DNA of 64,000 nucleotides from Macrostomum lignano (taxonomy: Eukaryota), in NCBI GenBank assembly GCA_002269645.1, contig NIVC01000701.1, positions 126,176-190,175 on the forward strand. The letters run 5' to 3'. This document shows positions 1 to 24,998 of this stretch, one piece after another (positions within the stretch are counted from its first letter, which is position 1; every line of letters starts with the position of its first letter). The notes under the pieces are model-generated. The model saw only the letters and a program-made list of their open reading frames with translations, had not been told where the DNA came from and ran no database searches. A program made the position numbers and the translations under genes.

Positions 1-3000
1 TTTAGTATATTCTTTTGATTTCTATAGTGACAATATAATATAATGGATATGTTATATATAACTAGAATAGGATGATATGCATTATATAATGTGAGATAGT
101 ATAAAAAATGATAATAGACCTTGTCTAACAGAGAAATTAGACCTTGTCAATGCTATTTACCCTAGTGACCTAGGTTAGAATACTTTATTAAGTATGGATT
201 AGTTCTTTCATGCTATTTCTATTGCTATGATAATTATATGCTTTTGGGTCTAGCATCTAGCTTTATTCATATATCTTCTTCCAGTTTCTTTTATATATTA
301 TTTTCCAGCTTGTTTCACAATATTATTTTCAATTTTGAATCAGTGATACAATTTAGTGTCATACCGGAACATGATATACATGGCCAAAAGGGATAGGAAA
401 TCATATAAAAAAGTGCAATTGGATAGGAACAATAGTCACTTAGTCAGACAATTAGTTATAAACTTTCTGATAAAACTTATTAAACTTGTAGCATACATAT
501 AGATTTAGTTATTAAATAGTGTTATATAAATAGATAGTAAAATAAAGCAGAGCTAATTTCTTCCAGAGCTAAAATAAAAGCTAGGTGGGTGGGGCTGTTT
601 ATATTTTTATTAGACTCTTAGTCTTATACCAAGATCCACCCATAGACTTTTGACTTGCCTTATGCTAAGGACTTCTATTTCCTATCCTTTTTGGTCATAG
701 CCATCGTTTTCTAATATACTTACTATATTCTGGCACCAATCCAAACTTGAAAATAACATTGCAAAACAAACTACAAATTTTCCATATATTGACCTTCACC
801 ATATATAATTATTTGTTAATCTTATCTACATTTTCAATTTTTTCATTTCTATGTATATTTTATATACCAAAGCCAATTTAATAATGAACTCTTTATGCTT
901 GCAATTTGATTACTTAAAATTTACTTTTATAATATAACTCAACTCAAGCTTGGCTTAAACAAAAAATCTTGGCTCATTGACATTGTGATTCTACAAATAA
1001 TATGCTTTACCTAAGTTGTTGGTCATTGAATTTTTGGTTGATTACCCACCCCTAAATCCAAACTTTTGGTATCCAGTCAATCTATTATAGATGCGCAACT
1101 GCCAAGCATGAAAACATGCAATGAATAAGACAGTCATAGTTACTTTTGCCATTTGTCCAAAATTGCATTTTTGGTTAAAAAGTAAGTTGCATGGCTAATA
1201 TAAATTAGGGGAGGGGTTGTGCAAATATATAATCCAACATAGCAACAACACAATCTAGCAAGGTGGCAATAAACAATCTGGCAAAAATCAAAATGGCAAT
1301 AGTCAATCTAGCAACAAAGTATACTAAAAAGCTATTAAACTAGCTATTTGACATTTAAATAGGTTAGAAGGCTTTTATAATATATTATTTATTTATTTTT
1401 AATAGTCTAGGCCTATATACAAGAGTTTGGCATTTTAAAATTTAGCAGGTTAAAAATCTGCAGCTTTTAACAGCTTTTCTTATAATGATAAAATTGCTTT
1501 GGAAAATGGGAAACTACATAAAAGATTAAATTGATACATTTTATATTTTTCATACAGGATACAATTTGCAAAATGTAAAATGCATAATCAGATACAAAAT
1601 TACCTAGCAGTTATTATCCATGTTGTAACTTAATAGGGATATCAACTGGGAAGCTCCAACAACTGTCATGTATGTAAAAAAAATTCACACTATTATATTT
1701 AAATGTTTGATGTGACACCCTAATGTGATGTGACCACCACAGCTATTACTGGCTACTGGTATTGAGGGGGAGCTACCAATCTTTTAGCATTGCTATTCCT
1801 CTCATAGGTTCCTTTCTTGCAGCCTTGTCCTACTGGCTCTCCTACCTACTTAGGGCCTATCTCCTTTCTAGCACCATCTAATAACATATTGAGCCAAATT
1901 TCTTCCCTAGCTCCCCCAAGTGTGGTAGTCTTGGTGTGTGGCGGTCTTGGTCCTACACCACTAAAAACAACATGTAAAGTTTTTTTGCATCTAAGATCTT
2001 TATAAAAATTTACTATACAAAATCTGTTGCTGGATTGTTTGTTGCCACTTTGACTGTTGCCAGATTGTCTTGTTGCCAGATTGACTGGAAGCCAAACTTT
2101 TATATACCTAGGCCTAATCTTCAATACTGACAAGACAATAGTCAATAGACACCATGCCTCTATTATTGAAGGTAAGTATATAAAATCAATCTCTAGGCCT
2201 ATCCACAACTATGAGAATCTTTTTACCCTAAAACCCCCCATACCTCATTCCCCAGTATTTCGCCTTAAGCTAAATATTGCAAGATTTTAAGCTAAATATC
2301 GCCTTAAGCTAACGATTATGATACTTTGGGTTGAAGCTACTTAGCTACCAAAAAGCTTAATATTATAATAATAAAAAACTATATTAATACTAAATAAGTA
2401 TATAGGCCTATCACTATCAGTTCAGTTACATACTACGACTAAACATACAAATATGACTTATTATTATTAGATACACAATTGGCTGCGAGAATATTTACAA
2501 AAGCAGTAAAAGAACAACTACTGACGACTGACAATCTTCACTGATACTCCTGATAGTGATACACGAATTCCATGATCAGTGAGAAAGAAAACTCAGCATA
2601 ATAAAACGACGATTTTATTAGTTACGTATCTGTTGCACAAAGCATGACTATTGGCACTTAAATATTTTTTTCACCCTATTTTTATCGCAAAATTTCATTG
2701 CTTGCACATGCTACTAGCGGTAGGAGTACAAAGGGCAAATATTTTGTTTAAATTTTTCATTAGAATTTTCAAAAAACTATTTTAACAGAATAGAGCGCAC
2801 ATTCTCTATTCTGAGTAGAAGAGTAGAAGCTGGATTTTTTAAGGTTGGAAATCCAGTTGCCAGTTTGGCCCTTGGGGGCTTAAAATGCATTTGCCAATGG
2901 CTATTTTCGGTTGCCCCATTGCAACTAGCCAAATTCTCGAGGATGGATATTTCCAAGGCTATGTTTGAAAAGCAGAATTTTTTTCTCTCAATTCTAAGAT

Positions 3001-6000
3001 TGCTATCTATGCTGCAAAACAATAACAATTCCATCATATCGATTCATATGGCACTTTTATTACACTTACGAAATCATTTTTTGATATTGGCAACTGGCAC
3101 AGAGATTCCTGCAATGAATAGAAGTGCAATACATGTAAACTAATAGATTCTGTGTAGTGAGCCGTACTAGCTACTAGGATTACTGTTGGTGTCTCACTCT
3201 TATAGTCAGCAGTTTCCCTCGCCCTCGCTATCTCCCTTCCCTCGCCTGAGCCTCCGCCTGCCGCAGGGCGCAGCTCTCCCTTTTTGCTCCCTGTCCCCCC
3301 GTTCCCTCTGCGCTCTGTTTTGCAGGGCTGGGCAGCTTGCCTCAGCCTGCTCTTGGTTTGCTCTGTGTAGCGGTTCAATAGTGGCTTCACTGGTGGGCCG
3401 CTTTCCCCTTGTCATGTGAGCCAGTCACACATGAATTCCTCAGTGCCCAATTGGTCCGTGTTTATGCATGGCGGAAATCACGCGCTCCTGGACCTCTGCC
3501 TTCTCTAAGGCAAAAAACCCTTCAGGTCAAGCGGCTGCAGGACCTCTCGGACGGCGTGGCGCACTTGAAACCACCAGCTGGATGTCCCGCCGCTTGGTGG
3601 TAGCGTCGCGCCATTCAGGAAGTCGGCGACGTCACGGTGTCGCACGGGGGCGGCGAATGTTAAAGCAATTTGAAGCAAAAAAGAAGGCGGGAGCGCATTT
3701 CAAAAAGATTTTAGAGGAAAAGGATATCTGGGGATAAAAACGAGAGTAGAAGTAAAAGAAAAGCGAAAACGAAAGGATAGGATAGAAAAGTGAGTCGAAA
3801 TGATTAAAAAGGTAAAGGAGGATGAAATAAATGATAAATAGATACATAAAATGTAAAATGTATGATGTAGACGGGTGAAAACAGGAGCAAAAGTCAAAGG
3901 GGAAGCAAAGAGCAACGAGAGAGAAGGGCGCGTGGATACCGCGGGCGATCAGGCGAAGGCACAGGGAGGTCGACCGCGTCAGTTTTGCATCTGACGTCGG
4001 TATTCTACGTTCTTCCTACCACCCAAAGGACCACTGTACATGGCTATATACATGTACAGTACTCCTTGATACTGCCATGCCTCCGCTTTCATTATTTTAG
4101 ATTTCTTAGATGCGCACATCCTTGCTGTACTGCAGCGCAAGGCCTACGCGTGGACAAGGTCGTGTGAACACGAAGCACTGGCCCGACTCATCAAAAACCG
4201 GATTAATTACTTAGTAGACCAATGGCCTACGTTAGAGGAATTAATCTCTAAAGAACAGAAACTACACTTTGATCTTAGCCAATAAGGCCGAGAAGCGATA
4301 AAGTATTTTAAATTTAAACACTTTTTTATAAAGTAACTAAGCGACATGCATATCAAAAGCCTTCGTTTTCATAGTGTCGACCGTCTCGCATCAAAAGACT
4401 TATCAAATGGTACTAAATATGAAAAGATCGCAGGAAACAAGCCAATTGCTTTTAGAAAGGCTTCTCGCTTTTTCTGTTAAAATAAATCATTGTATAAACT
4501 TTTTTCAATTCGAAACAATCCAGTTAAAAAAGAACACAATGTGACCGATTTAAATGCGCAAATAACTCTACTTTAAGTAGAATGACGCAGCTCGAACACT
4601 TGTAAGTGGTGATAGACAATTTTCAACAAGAGGGAGGAAAACTGAGTCATCGAGATCTGGAACCTAGATGAATGGCCTTCTATAGAGAGCCTTTTTGTCA
4701 GAAGCAAGGAAGTATAGTTTTTAATAGGATAATTAAGTAAGAAGTAAAACAGAGAGGTAAGAGGTAAGATTAACTTGGAAACTTATAGTGTCAGTTTTTA
4801 TTGTCCTCCATCTGCCGGGCGGAGGAGTCCGGTATTCCATCTCATTCAAGCTGATTTAACTCTTGCATCACGTCCTCCGGAATGTCGAGAATCTCTTCTG
4901 ATTCTATCTTGCGCGCAAATTCTTCGCTCAGTTCCTCCAAATACCGGCTGTTCGACTCGGATGATACCCACGCCAGCTCTTCGGTCGACATACCGGAAAC
5001 CATTTCTCCCGGCAGATTGGAATAATTAATTAAATGGTTGATCATTTTCAGAACTCAAGCACAGCTTAGTCCTGACAGATTTGAAAAATATACATTTAGC
5101 ATTTTTCTAGCTCCTTCAGTTTTACTGTCCATCTCTAGACCTGGACCATCAAAACTTCGTCTATGGCCCAGAGCTCGCAAATCAAAAGAAAGAATGGCCA
5201 TAGACATTTCAACTGCATTCTATGTAATAACACAGAGCCCGGAATTTTCGACATTGATGTCTGGAAATCTCTTGCATTAATGATAATAATATAAACATTA
5301 CTTTTTGCGGGGCATCAATGTAGAATTTTGTGAGGGCAATTCTACCTTGATGCCCGCAAAAAGTAATATTAATGTTATATTAGCAAAATGAGTCAATCTA
5401 GATCAACAATGAAATCGCTTGATTAAGTTATGTTAACTGCATGATGACGGCCGGCCCAGACGCCAAGGCATGCATATTTGTTTCAAGTCTGATCCATTTT
5501 AAAGATGAATAAATTCTCCACAACTCACTTGAACTTTCAAACTTTGAACTTTCAAGTGAGTTGGTTTAGGTCTTACCAGTGGAAACTAGATTAAGAAATT
5601 CCAATAGCTACCAAACTTCTCAACTTGGAACTCGAAAAATAGTTCTGAGAAGATTTCAGACTCCAGTCTCGATGTATTAAATTAGCTAGTATTATAGCTA
5701 GTATTATAGCTATCTAAAAACCAGCTTTATTACTTATTTTTTATGGTAAGATGATTTTAACTGGAAATTTTCATAATTTCTACTTATTAGTAAACAGTCA
5801 CGACTGCTGCGTTGAATATAATAACAAAATATTGGTCTGAAAAATAGGAGATTTTCAATTAAACCGAGCGCAATATTAACGGATTGTGGCGGCGCGCGCG
5901 ACACAACTCTGTACACCCGGACTGGCAAGCAGGTTTATTAAGATCAGAATAAAATATGTCAATATACTATATTGATTAAGGAACAATAACAGGCAATATG

Positions 6001-6699
6001 ATTTGTCAAAACTTTAACGCATGCAATAGGAGCCGAGCAATCACACTGCTCGCATTAGTATTATTGTTATGTGTACTAATACATTAACTGACATGTACAC
6101 AGTGAGCCAAAGCTGACATAAACATTCCAAGTCAGCCTATGGAACAAAGCAGTTGAAAGCATATAGAATGATTAATAAAACGGACATCCAGATAATAACT
6201 GCATATAATCAATCTATAATAACGGTAGTGCTAATCAAGAATACATTATATTAGGCCATTGCAGGAAAGCGTGAATTGAATATTATTTGTTCGCTTGTAT
6301 AAACTAGGAAAGAGAAGTATTGGCCATTACTAGACAGCTTACTGTTAGTAGAGTGAAGCGAATTTCGCTATTTTAAAATAAGCATTATTCAATTCAACAG
6401 ATTGGGGAATGCCCTCTGACAGAGAAAATATTCAGGTTAAAGTTGATTCTGATGCGGATAGGAGCGCGCCTCACCCAACAGAGCAGGCAGCATTGGGGTT
6501 GGCCACAGCAGGGTGTTGAATTAGCAATGAGTTCGACACGTTTGCAAATGGTGGCTTTTCGGGAGCGTTAGTGGGTTGCTAAGGCAAAAATCAATCGGTT
6601 GGTTGCTATGGGAATCTGCGGGTTTACAAGTAAACAGCCTGTTGCTAATGAAAATTGGTTGGTTGCTGAAAATTGGGCTTTCGGGTTAACTGGTTGGTA

Positions 6700-7052
6700 G
6701 CTAGGGTTAATTTGATGGTTGCTGGGTTAATTTGTTGGTTGCCAGGGTTAATTGGTTGGTTGCTAGGGTTAATTTTTTGGAAGCTAGGGTTAATTTGTTG
6801 GTTGCTGGGTTAATTTGTTGGTTGCCAGGGTTAATTGGTTGGTTGCTAGGGTTAATTTGTTGGAAGCTAGGGTTAATTTGTTGGTTGCTGGGTTAATTTG
6901 TTGGTTGCCAGGGTTAATTGGTTGGTTGCTAGGGTTAATTTGTTGGAAGCTAGGGTTAATTTGTTGGAAGCTAGGGTTAATTTGTTGGTTGCTGGGTTAA
7001 TTTGTTGGTTGCTAGGGTTAATTTGTTGGTTGCTGGGTAATTTGGTTGGTTG
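6700..7052. repeat. 21-bp minisatellite GGGTTAATTTGTTGGTTGCTA
   Basis: Tandem units directly downstream of the TRAPPC11 stop codon. Confidence 0.9.
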
Positions 7053-7182
7053 CTAAGGGAAAACCACTACTTGCAAGGAAACACAGGTTGCTGGGGTAAC
7101 CTCTGGCTGCTAGAGAAAATTGCTTGGTTGCTCCGGAAAACTACTTGTTACTAGGGAAAATTGGTTAGTTGCTAAGTGACCG

Positions 7183-20115
<12,933 letters not shown>

Positions 20116-20224
20116 TGCGAGCTGGAGAATCGCAGTTTAGGCACTGAGATGAGTGTTGAGTTATAAATGCAGAGCGGCACAGCTTGAGAACTGGGATCTG
20201 TAGCTATAAGAAATAGTTTTTTGG

Positions 20225-20940
20225 AATGGAGGATTGGAATTCTGGGATGTAGGATTGGGATTCTGGGATGTAGGACTGGGATTCTGGGATGTAGGATTGG
20301 GATTCTGAGATGTAGGATTGGGATTCTGGGATGTAGGATTGGAATTCTGGGATGTAGGATTGGGATTCTGGGATGTAGGATTGGGATTCTGAGATGTAGG
20401 ATTGGGATTCTGGGATGTAGGATTGGGATTCTGGGATGTAGGATTGGGATTCTGGGATGTAGGATTGGGATTCTGGGATGTAGGATTGGGATTCTGGGAT
20501 GTAGGATTGGGATTCTAGGATGTAGGATTGGGATTCTGGGATGTAGGATTGGGATTCTAGGATGTAGGATTGGGATTCTGGGATGTAGATTGTAGGATTG
20601 GGATTCTGGGATGTAGGATTGGGATTCTGGGATGTAGGATTGGGATTCTGGGATGTAGGATTGGGATTCTGGGATGTAGGATTGGGATTCTGGGATGTAG
20701 GATTGGGATTCTGAGATGTAGGATTGGGATTCTGGGATGTAGGATTGGGATTCTGAGATGTAGGATTGGGATTTCGGGATGTAGGATCGGAATTCTGGGA
20801 TGTAGGATTGGGATTCTTGAATGCAGGATTAGGATTCTGGGATGTAGGATTGGGATTCTGGGATGTAGGATTGGGATTCTGGGATGTAGGATTGGGATTC
20901 TAGGATGTAGGATTGGGATTCTGGGATGTAGGATTGGAGC
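20225..20940. repeat. 21-bp minisatellite GGGATTCTGGGATGTAGGATT upstream of the TRAPPC11 ATG (probable 5' UTR intron)
   Basis: Tandem units. Acceptor AG at 20122-20123 and candidate donor GTGAGT near 21438 on the minus strand. Confidence 0.92.
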
Positions 20941-21861
20941 TGTAGATTGTAGAATGAAATCAATGTTTTGGTTTAGGTCTTGGAATTTGGGTTTCTGGGA
21001 AGAGTTGGGATTCAGGGACGAATAATTCCGATTGTACGATGAAGGGCTCTGAGATTCTGAAATTCTGTAAAGCAATGGTGAAATCCAGGTGAAAAAAGCA
21101 AGAGCAAAATCCAAGCTACAAGTTCTCGATGCCGGATAGAAAAAAAATATAAAACAACGTTTAATAAAATGAATATCGAGTAAAGCTTTGGGAACAGTAA
21201 AATGACGAGACGCGGTTTAAAAAAGTTAAATTTAGCAAACACTTAACAGAATAAAAGCACAAGCAGCACAATTATTACCTGGTAACTTAGCTAAGTAAAA
21301 TTTGCAGACAGAAATGCAACAGAAAACGACACAACAGCCAAAAAAGAAGACTTTGAGAATGATACAACTGTGAGTCTTCTCTGTGTCCAGGACTTGGAAC
21401 AGGAACTGCCAAGCATTGGATACACACACACGCACTCACAAATTCACTTTCGTGTTGAGCCAGCTAACCGAAAACAAGCAGGCGATCCGTGCGTCACCAC
21501 GCAAGACAAAAATAAACTTCCACATCCTGCTCACTGACTAGGGTCACTAACGAGTGTATCCTCTATAGGCAGGAACAAATTAAAACTGTAAGCACACAAA
21601 TTTAATCCAGATTTTGTGAAAGTCTTTTAGCTACCGGCAATAAAAGTGTAGAACAAAAAATTTAATTAAGATAAAAGATAGCTTTGCTGACTAGAAGTTT
21701 TAAAAAAACAGCTAACACTAATACTATGAGGACAGAATTTTGAAAAAAGCACTGGACAAAATACGGAACAAAAACCAAAATTTGTCAGTACGAAATTCCA
21801 CAACGTCCAACAAATTTTTAAGCGATTATTATGTTAAACAGACACCACGAAACACGCTTGT

Positions 21862-24800
21862 CGCTTCCGTCACTCTCACTGGTCACTGACTGATCTGCTT
21901 CCGTCACTCTCACTGGTCACTCTGACTGATCTGCTTCCGTCACTCTCTGGTCTCTCTGACTGATCTGCTTCCGTCACTCTCACTGGTCACTCTGACTGAT
22001 CTGCTTCCGTCACTCTCACTGGTCACTCTGACTGATTTGCTTCCGTCACTCTCACTGGTCACTCTGACTGATCTGCTTCCGTCACTCTCACTGGTCACTC
22101 TGACTGATCTGCTTCCGTCACTCTCACTGGTCACTCTGACTGATTTGCTTCCGTCACTCTCACTGGTCACTCTGACTGATCTGCTTCCGTCACTCTCTGG
22201 TCTCTCTGACTGATCTGCTTCCGTCACTCTCACTGGTCACTCTGACTGATTTGCTTCCGTCACTCTCACTGGTCACTCTGACTGATCTGCTTCCGTCACT
22301 CTCTGGTCTCTCTGACTGATCTGCTTCCGTCACTCTCACTGGTCACTCTGACTGATCTGCTTCCGTCACTCTCACTGGTCACTCTGACTGATCTGCTTCC
22401 GTCACTCTCTGGTCTCTCTGACTGATCTGCTTCCGTCACTCTCACTGGTCACTCTGACTGATCTGCTTCCGTCACTCTCACTGGTCACTCTGACTGATTT
22501 GCTTCCGTCACTCTCTGGTCACTCTGACTGATCTGCTTCCGTCACTCTCACTGGTCACTCTGACTGATCTGCTTCCGTCACTCTCACTGGTCACTCTGAC
22601 TGATCTGCTTCCGTCACTCTCACTGGTCACTCTGACTGATCTGCTTCCGTCACTCTCACTGGTCACTCTGACTGATTTGCTTCCGTCACTCTCACTGGTC
22701 ACTCTGACTGATCTGCTTCCGTCACTCTCTGGTCTCTCTGACTGATCTGCTTCCGTCACTCTCACTGGTCACTCTGACTGATTTGCTTCCGTCACTCTCA
22801 CTGGTCACTCTGACTGATCTGCTTCCGTCACTCTCACTGGTCACTGACTGATTTGCTTCCGTCACTCTCACTGGTCACTCTGACTGATCTGCTTCCGTCA
22901 CTCTCTGGTCTCTCTGACTGATCTGCTTCCGTCACTCTCACTGGTCACTCTGACTGATTTGCTTCCGTCACTCTCACTGGTCACTCTGACTGATCTGCTT
23001 CCGTCACTCTCTGGTCTCTCTGACTGATCTGCTTCCGTCACTCTCACTGGTCACTCTGACTGATTTGCTTCCGTCACTCTCACTGGTCACTCTGACTGAT
23101 CTGCTTCCGTCACTCTCACTGGTCACTCTGACTGATCTGCTTCCGTCACTCTCACTGATTTGCTTCCGTCACTCTCTGGTCACTCTGACTGATCTGCTTC
23201 CGTCACTCTCACTGGTCACTCTGACTGATCTGTTTCCGTCACTCTCACTGGTCACTCTGACTGATCTGCTTCCGTCACTCTCACTGGTCACTCTGACTGA
23301 TTTGCTTCCGTCACTCTCACTGGTCACTCTGACTGATCTGCTTCCGTCACTCTCTGGTCTCTCTGACTGATCTGCTTCCGTCACTCTCACTGGTCACTCT
23401 GACTGATTTGCTTCCGTCACTCTCACTGGTCACTCTGACTGATCTGCTTCCGTCACTCTCTGGTCTCTCTGACTGATCTGCTTCCGTCACTCTCACTGGT
23501 CACTCTGACTGATTTGCTTCCGTCACTCTCACTGGTCACTCTGACTGATCTGCTTCCGTCACTCTCTGGTCTCTCTGACTGATCTGCTTCCGTCACTCTC
23601 ACTGGTCACTCTGACTGATCTGCTTCCGTCACTCTCACTGGTCACTCTGACTGATTTGCTTCCGTCACTCTCACTGGTCACTCTGACTGATCTGCTTCCG
23701 TCACTCTCACTGGTCACTCTGACTGATCTGCTTCCGTCACTCTCACTGGTCACTCTGACTGATCTGCTTCCGTCACTCTCACTGGTCACTCTGACTGATC
23801 TGCTTCCGTCACTCTCACTGGTCACTCTGACTGATTTGCTTCCGTCACTCTCACTGGTCACTCTGACTGATCTGCTTCCGTCACTCTCTGGTCTCTCTGA
23901 CTGATCTGCTTCCGTCACTCTCTGGTCTCTCTGACTGATCTGCTTCCGTCACTCTCACTGGTCACTCTGACTGATTTGCTTCCGTCACTCTCACTGGTCA
24001 CTCTGACTGATCTGCTTCCGTCACTCTCACTGGTCACTCTGACTGATCTGCTTCCGTCACTCTCTGGTCTCTCTGACTGATCTGCTTCCGTCACTCTCAC
24101 TGGTCACTCTGACTGATTTGCTTCCGTCACTCTCACTGGTCACTCTGACTGATCTGCTTCCGTCACTCTCTGGTCTCTCTGACTGATCTGCTTCCGTCAC
24201 TCTCACTGGTCACTCTGACTGATTTGCTTCCGTCACTCTCACTGGTCACTCTGACTGATCTGCTTCCGTCACTCTCACTGGTCACTCTGACTGATCTGCT
24301 TCCGTCACTCTCACTGATTTGCTTCCGTCACTCTCTGGTCACTCTGACTGATCTGCTTCCGTCACTCTCACTGGTCACTCTGACTGATCTGTTTCCGTCA
24401 CTCTCACTGGTCACTCTGACTGATCTGCTTCCGTCACTCTCACTGGTCACTCTGACTGATTTGCTTCCGTCACTCTCACTGGTCACTCTGACTGATTTGC
24501 TTCCGTCACTCTCTGGTCTCTCTGACTGATCTGCTTCCGTCACTCTCACTGGTCACTCTGACTGATTTGCTTCCGTCACTCTCACTGGTCACTCTGACTG
24601 ATCTGCTTCCGTCACTCTCTGGTCTCTCTGACTGATCTGCTTCCGTCACTCTCACTGGTCACTCTGACTGATTTGCTTCCGTCACTCTCACTGGTCACTC
24701 TGACTGATCTGCTTCCGTCACTCTCTGGTCTCTCTGACTGATCTGCTTCCGTCACTCTCACTGATCTGCTTCCGTCACTCTCACAGATCTGCTTCCGTCC

Positions 24801-24885
24801 CTCTCACTGATCTGCTTCCGTCAACCTCACTGATCTGCTTCCGTCACTCTGACTGATCTGCTTCCATCACTCTGACTGATCTGGT
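21862..24885. repeat. 3-kb 36/34-bp satellite CTGACTGATCTGCTTCCGTCACTCTCACTGGTCACT between flower and TRAPPC11
   Basis: Tandem units with a higher-order 1159-bp duplication. Confidence 0.97.
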
Positions 24886-24998
24886 TCCGTCTCAGACTCA
24901 GTGCAACCTTAATAAGACAATCGAGTGTTTCCACCCGATCCCAGCGTAAAGCTTCAAAGTCCCATTCCGTGCAGCTGGCATGCCGCATCTCTTCAGTT

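Noticed and set aside
2777-3140. Possible MULE transposase remnant (SCNGATENSHW)
   Set aside because: Only a vague resemblance to the TNNxxExxH motif, with no supporting DDE residues or TIRs.
3206-3737. GC-rich ORFs as a sixth gene
   Set aside because: No recognisable domain, no consistent splice chain, and overlapping frames are equally plausible.
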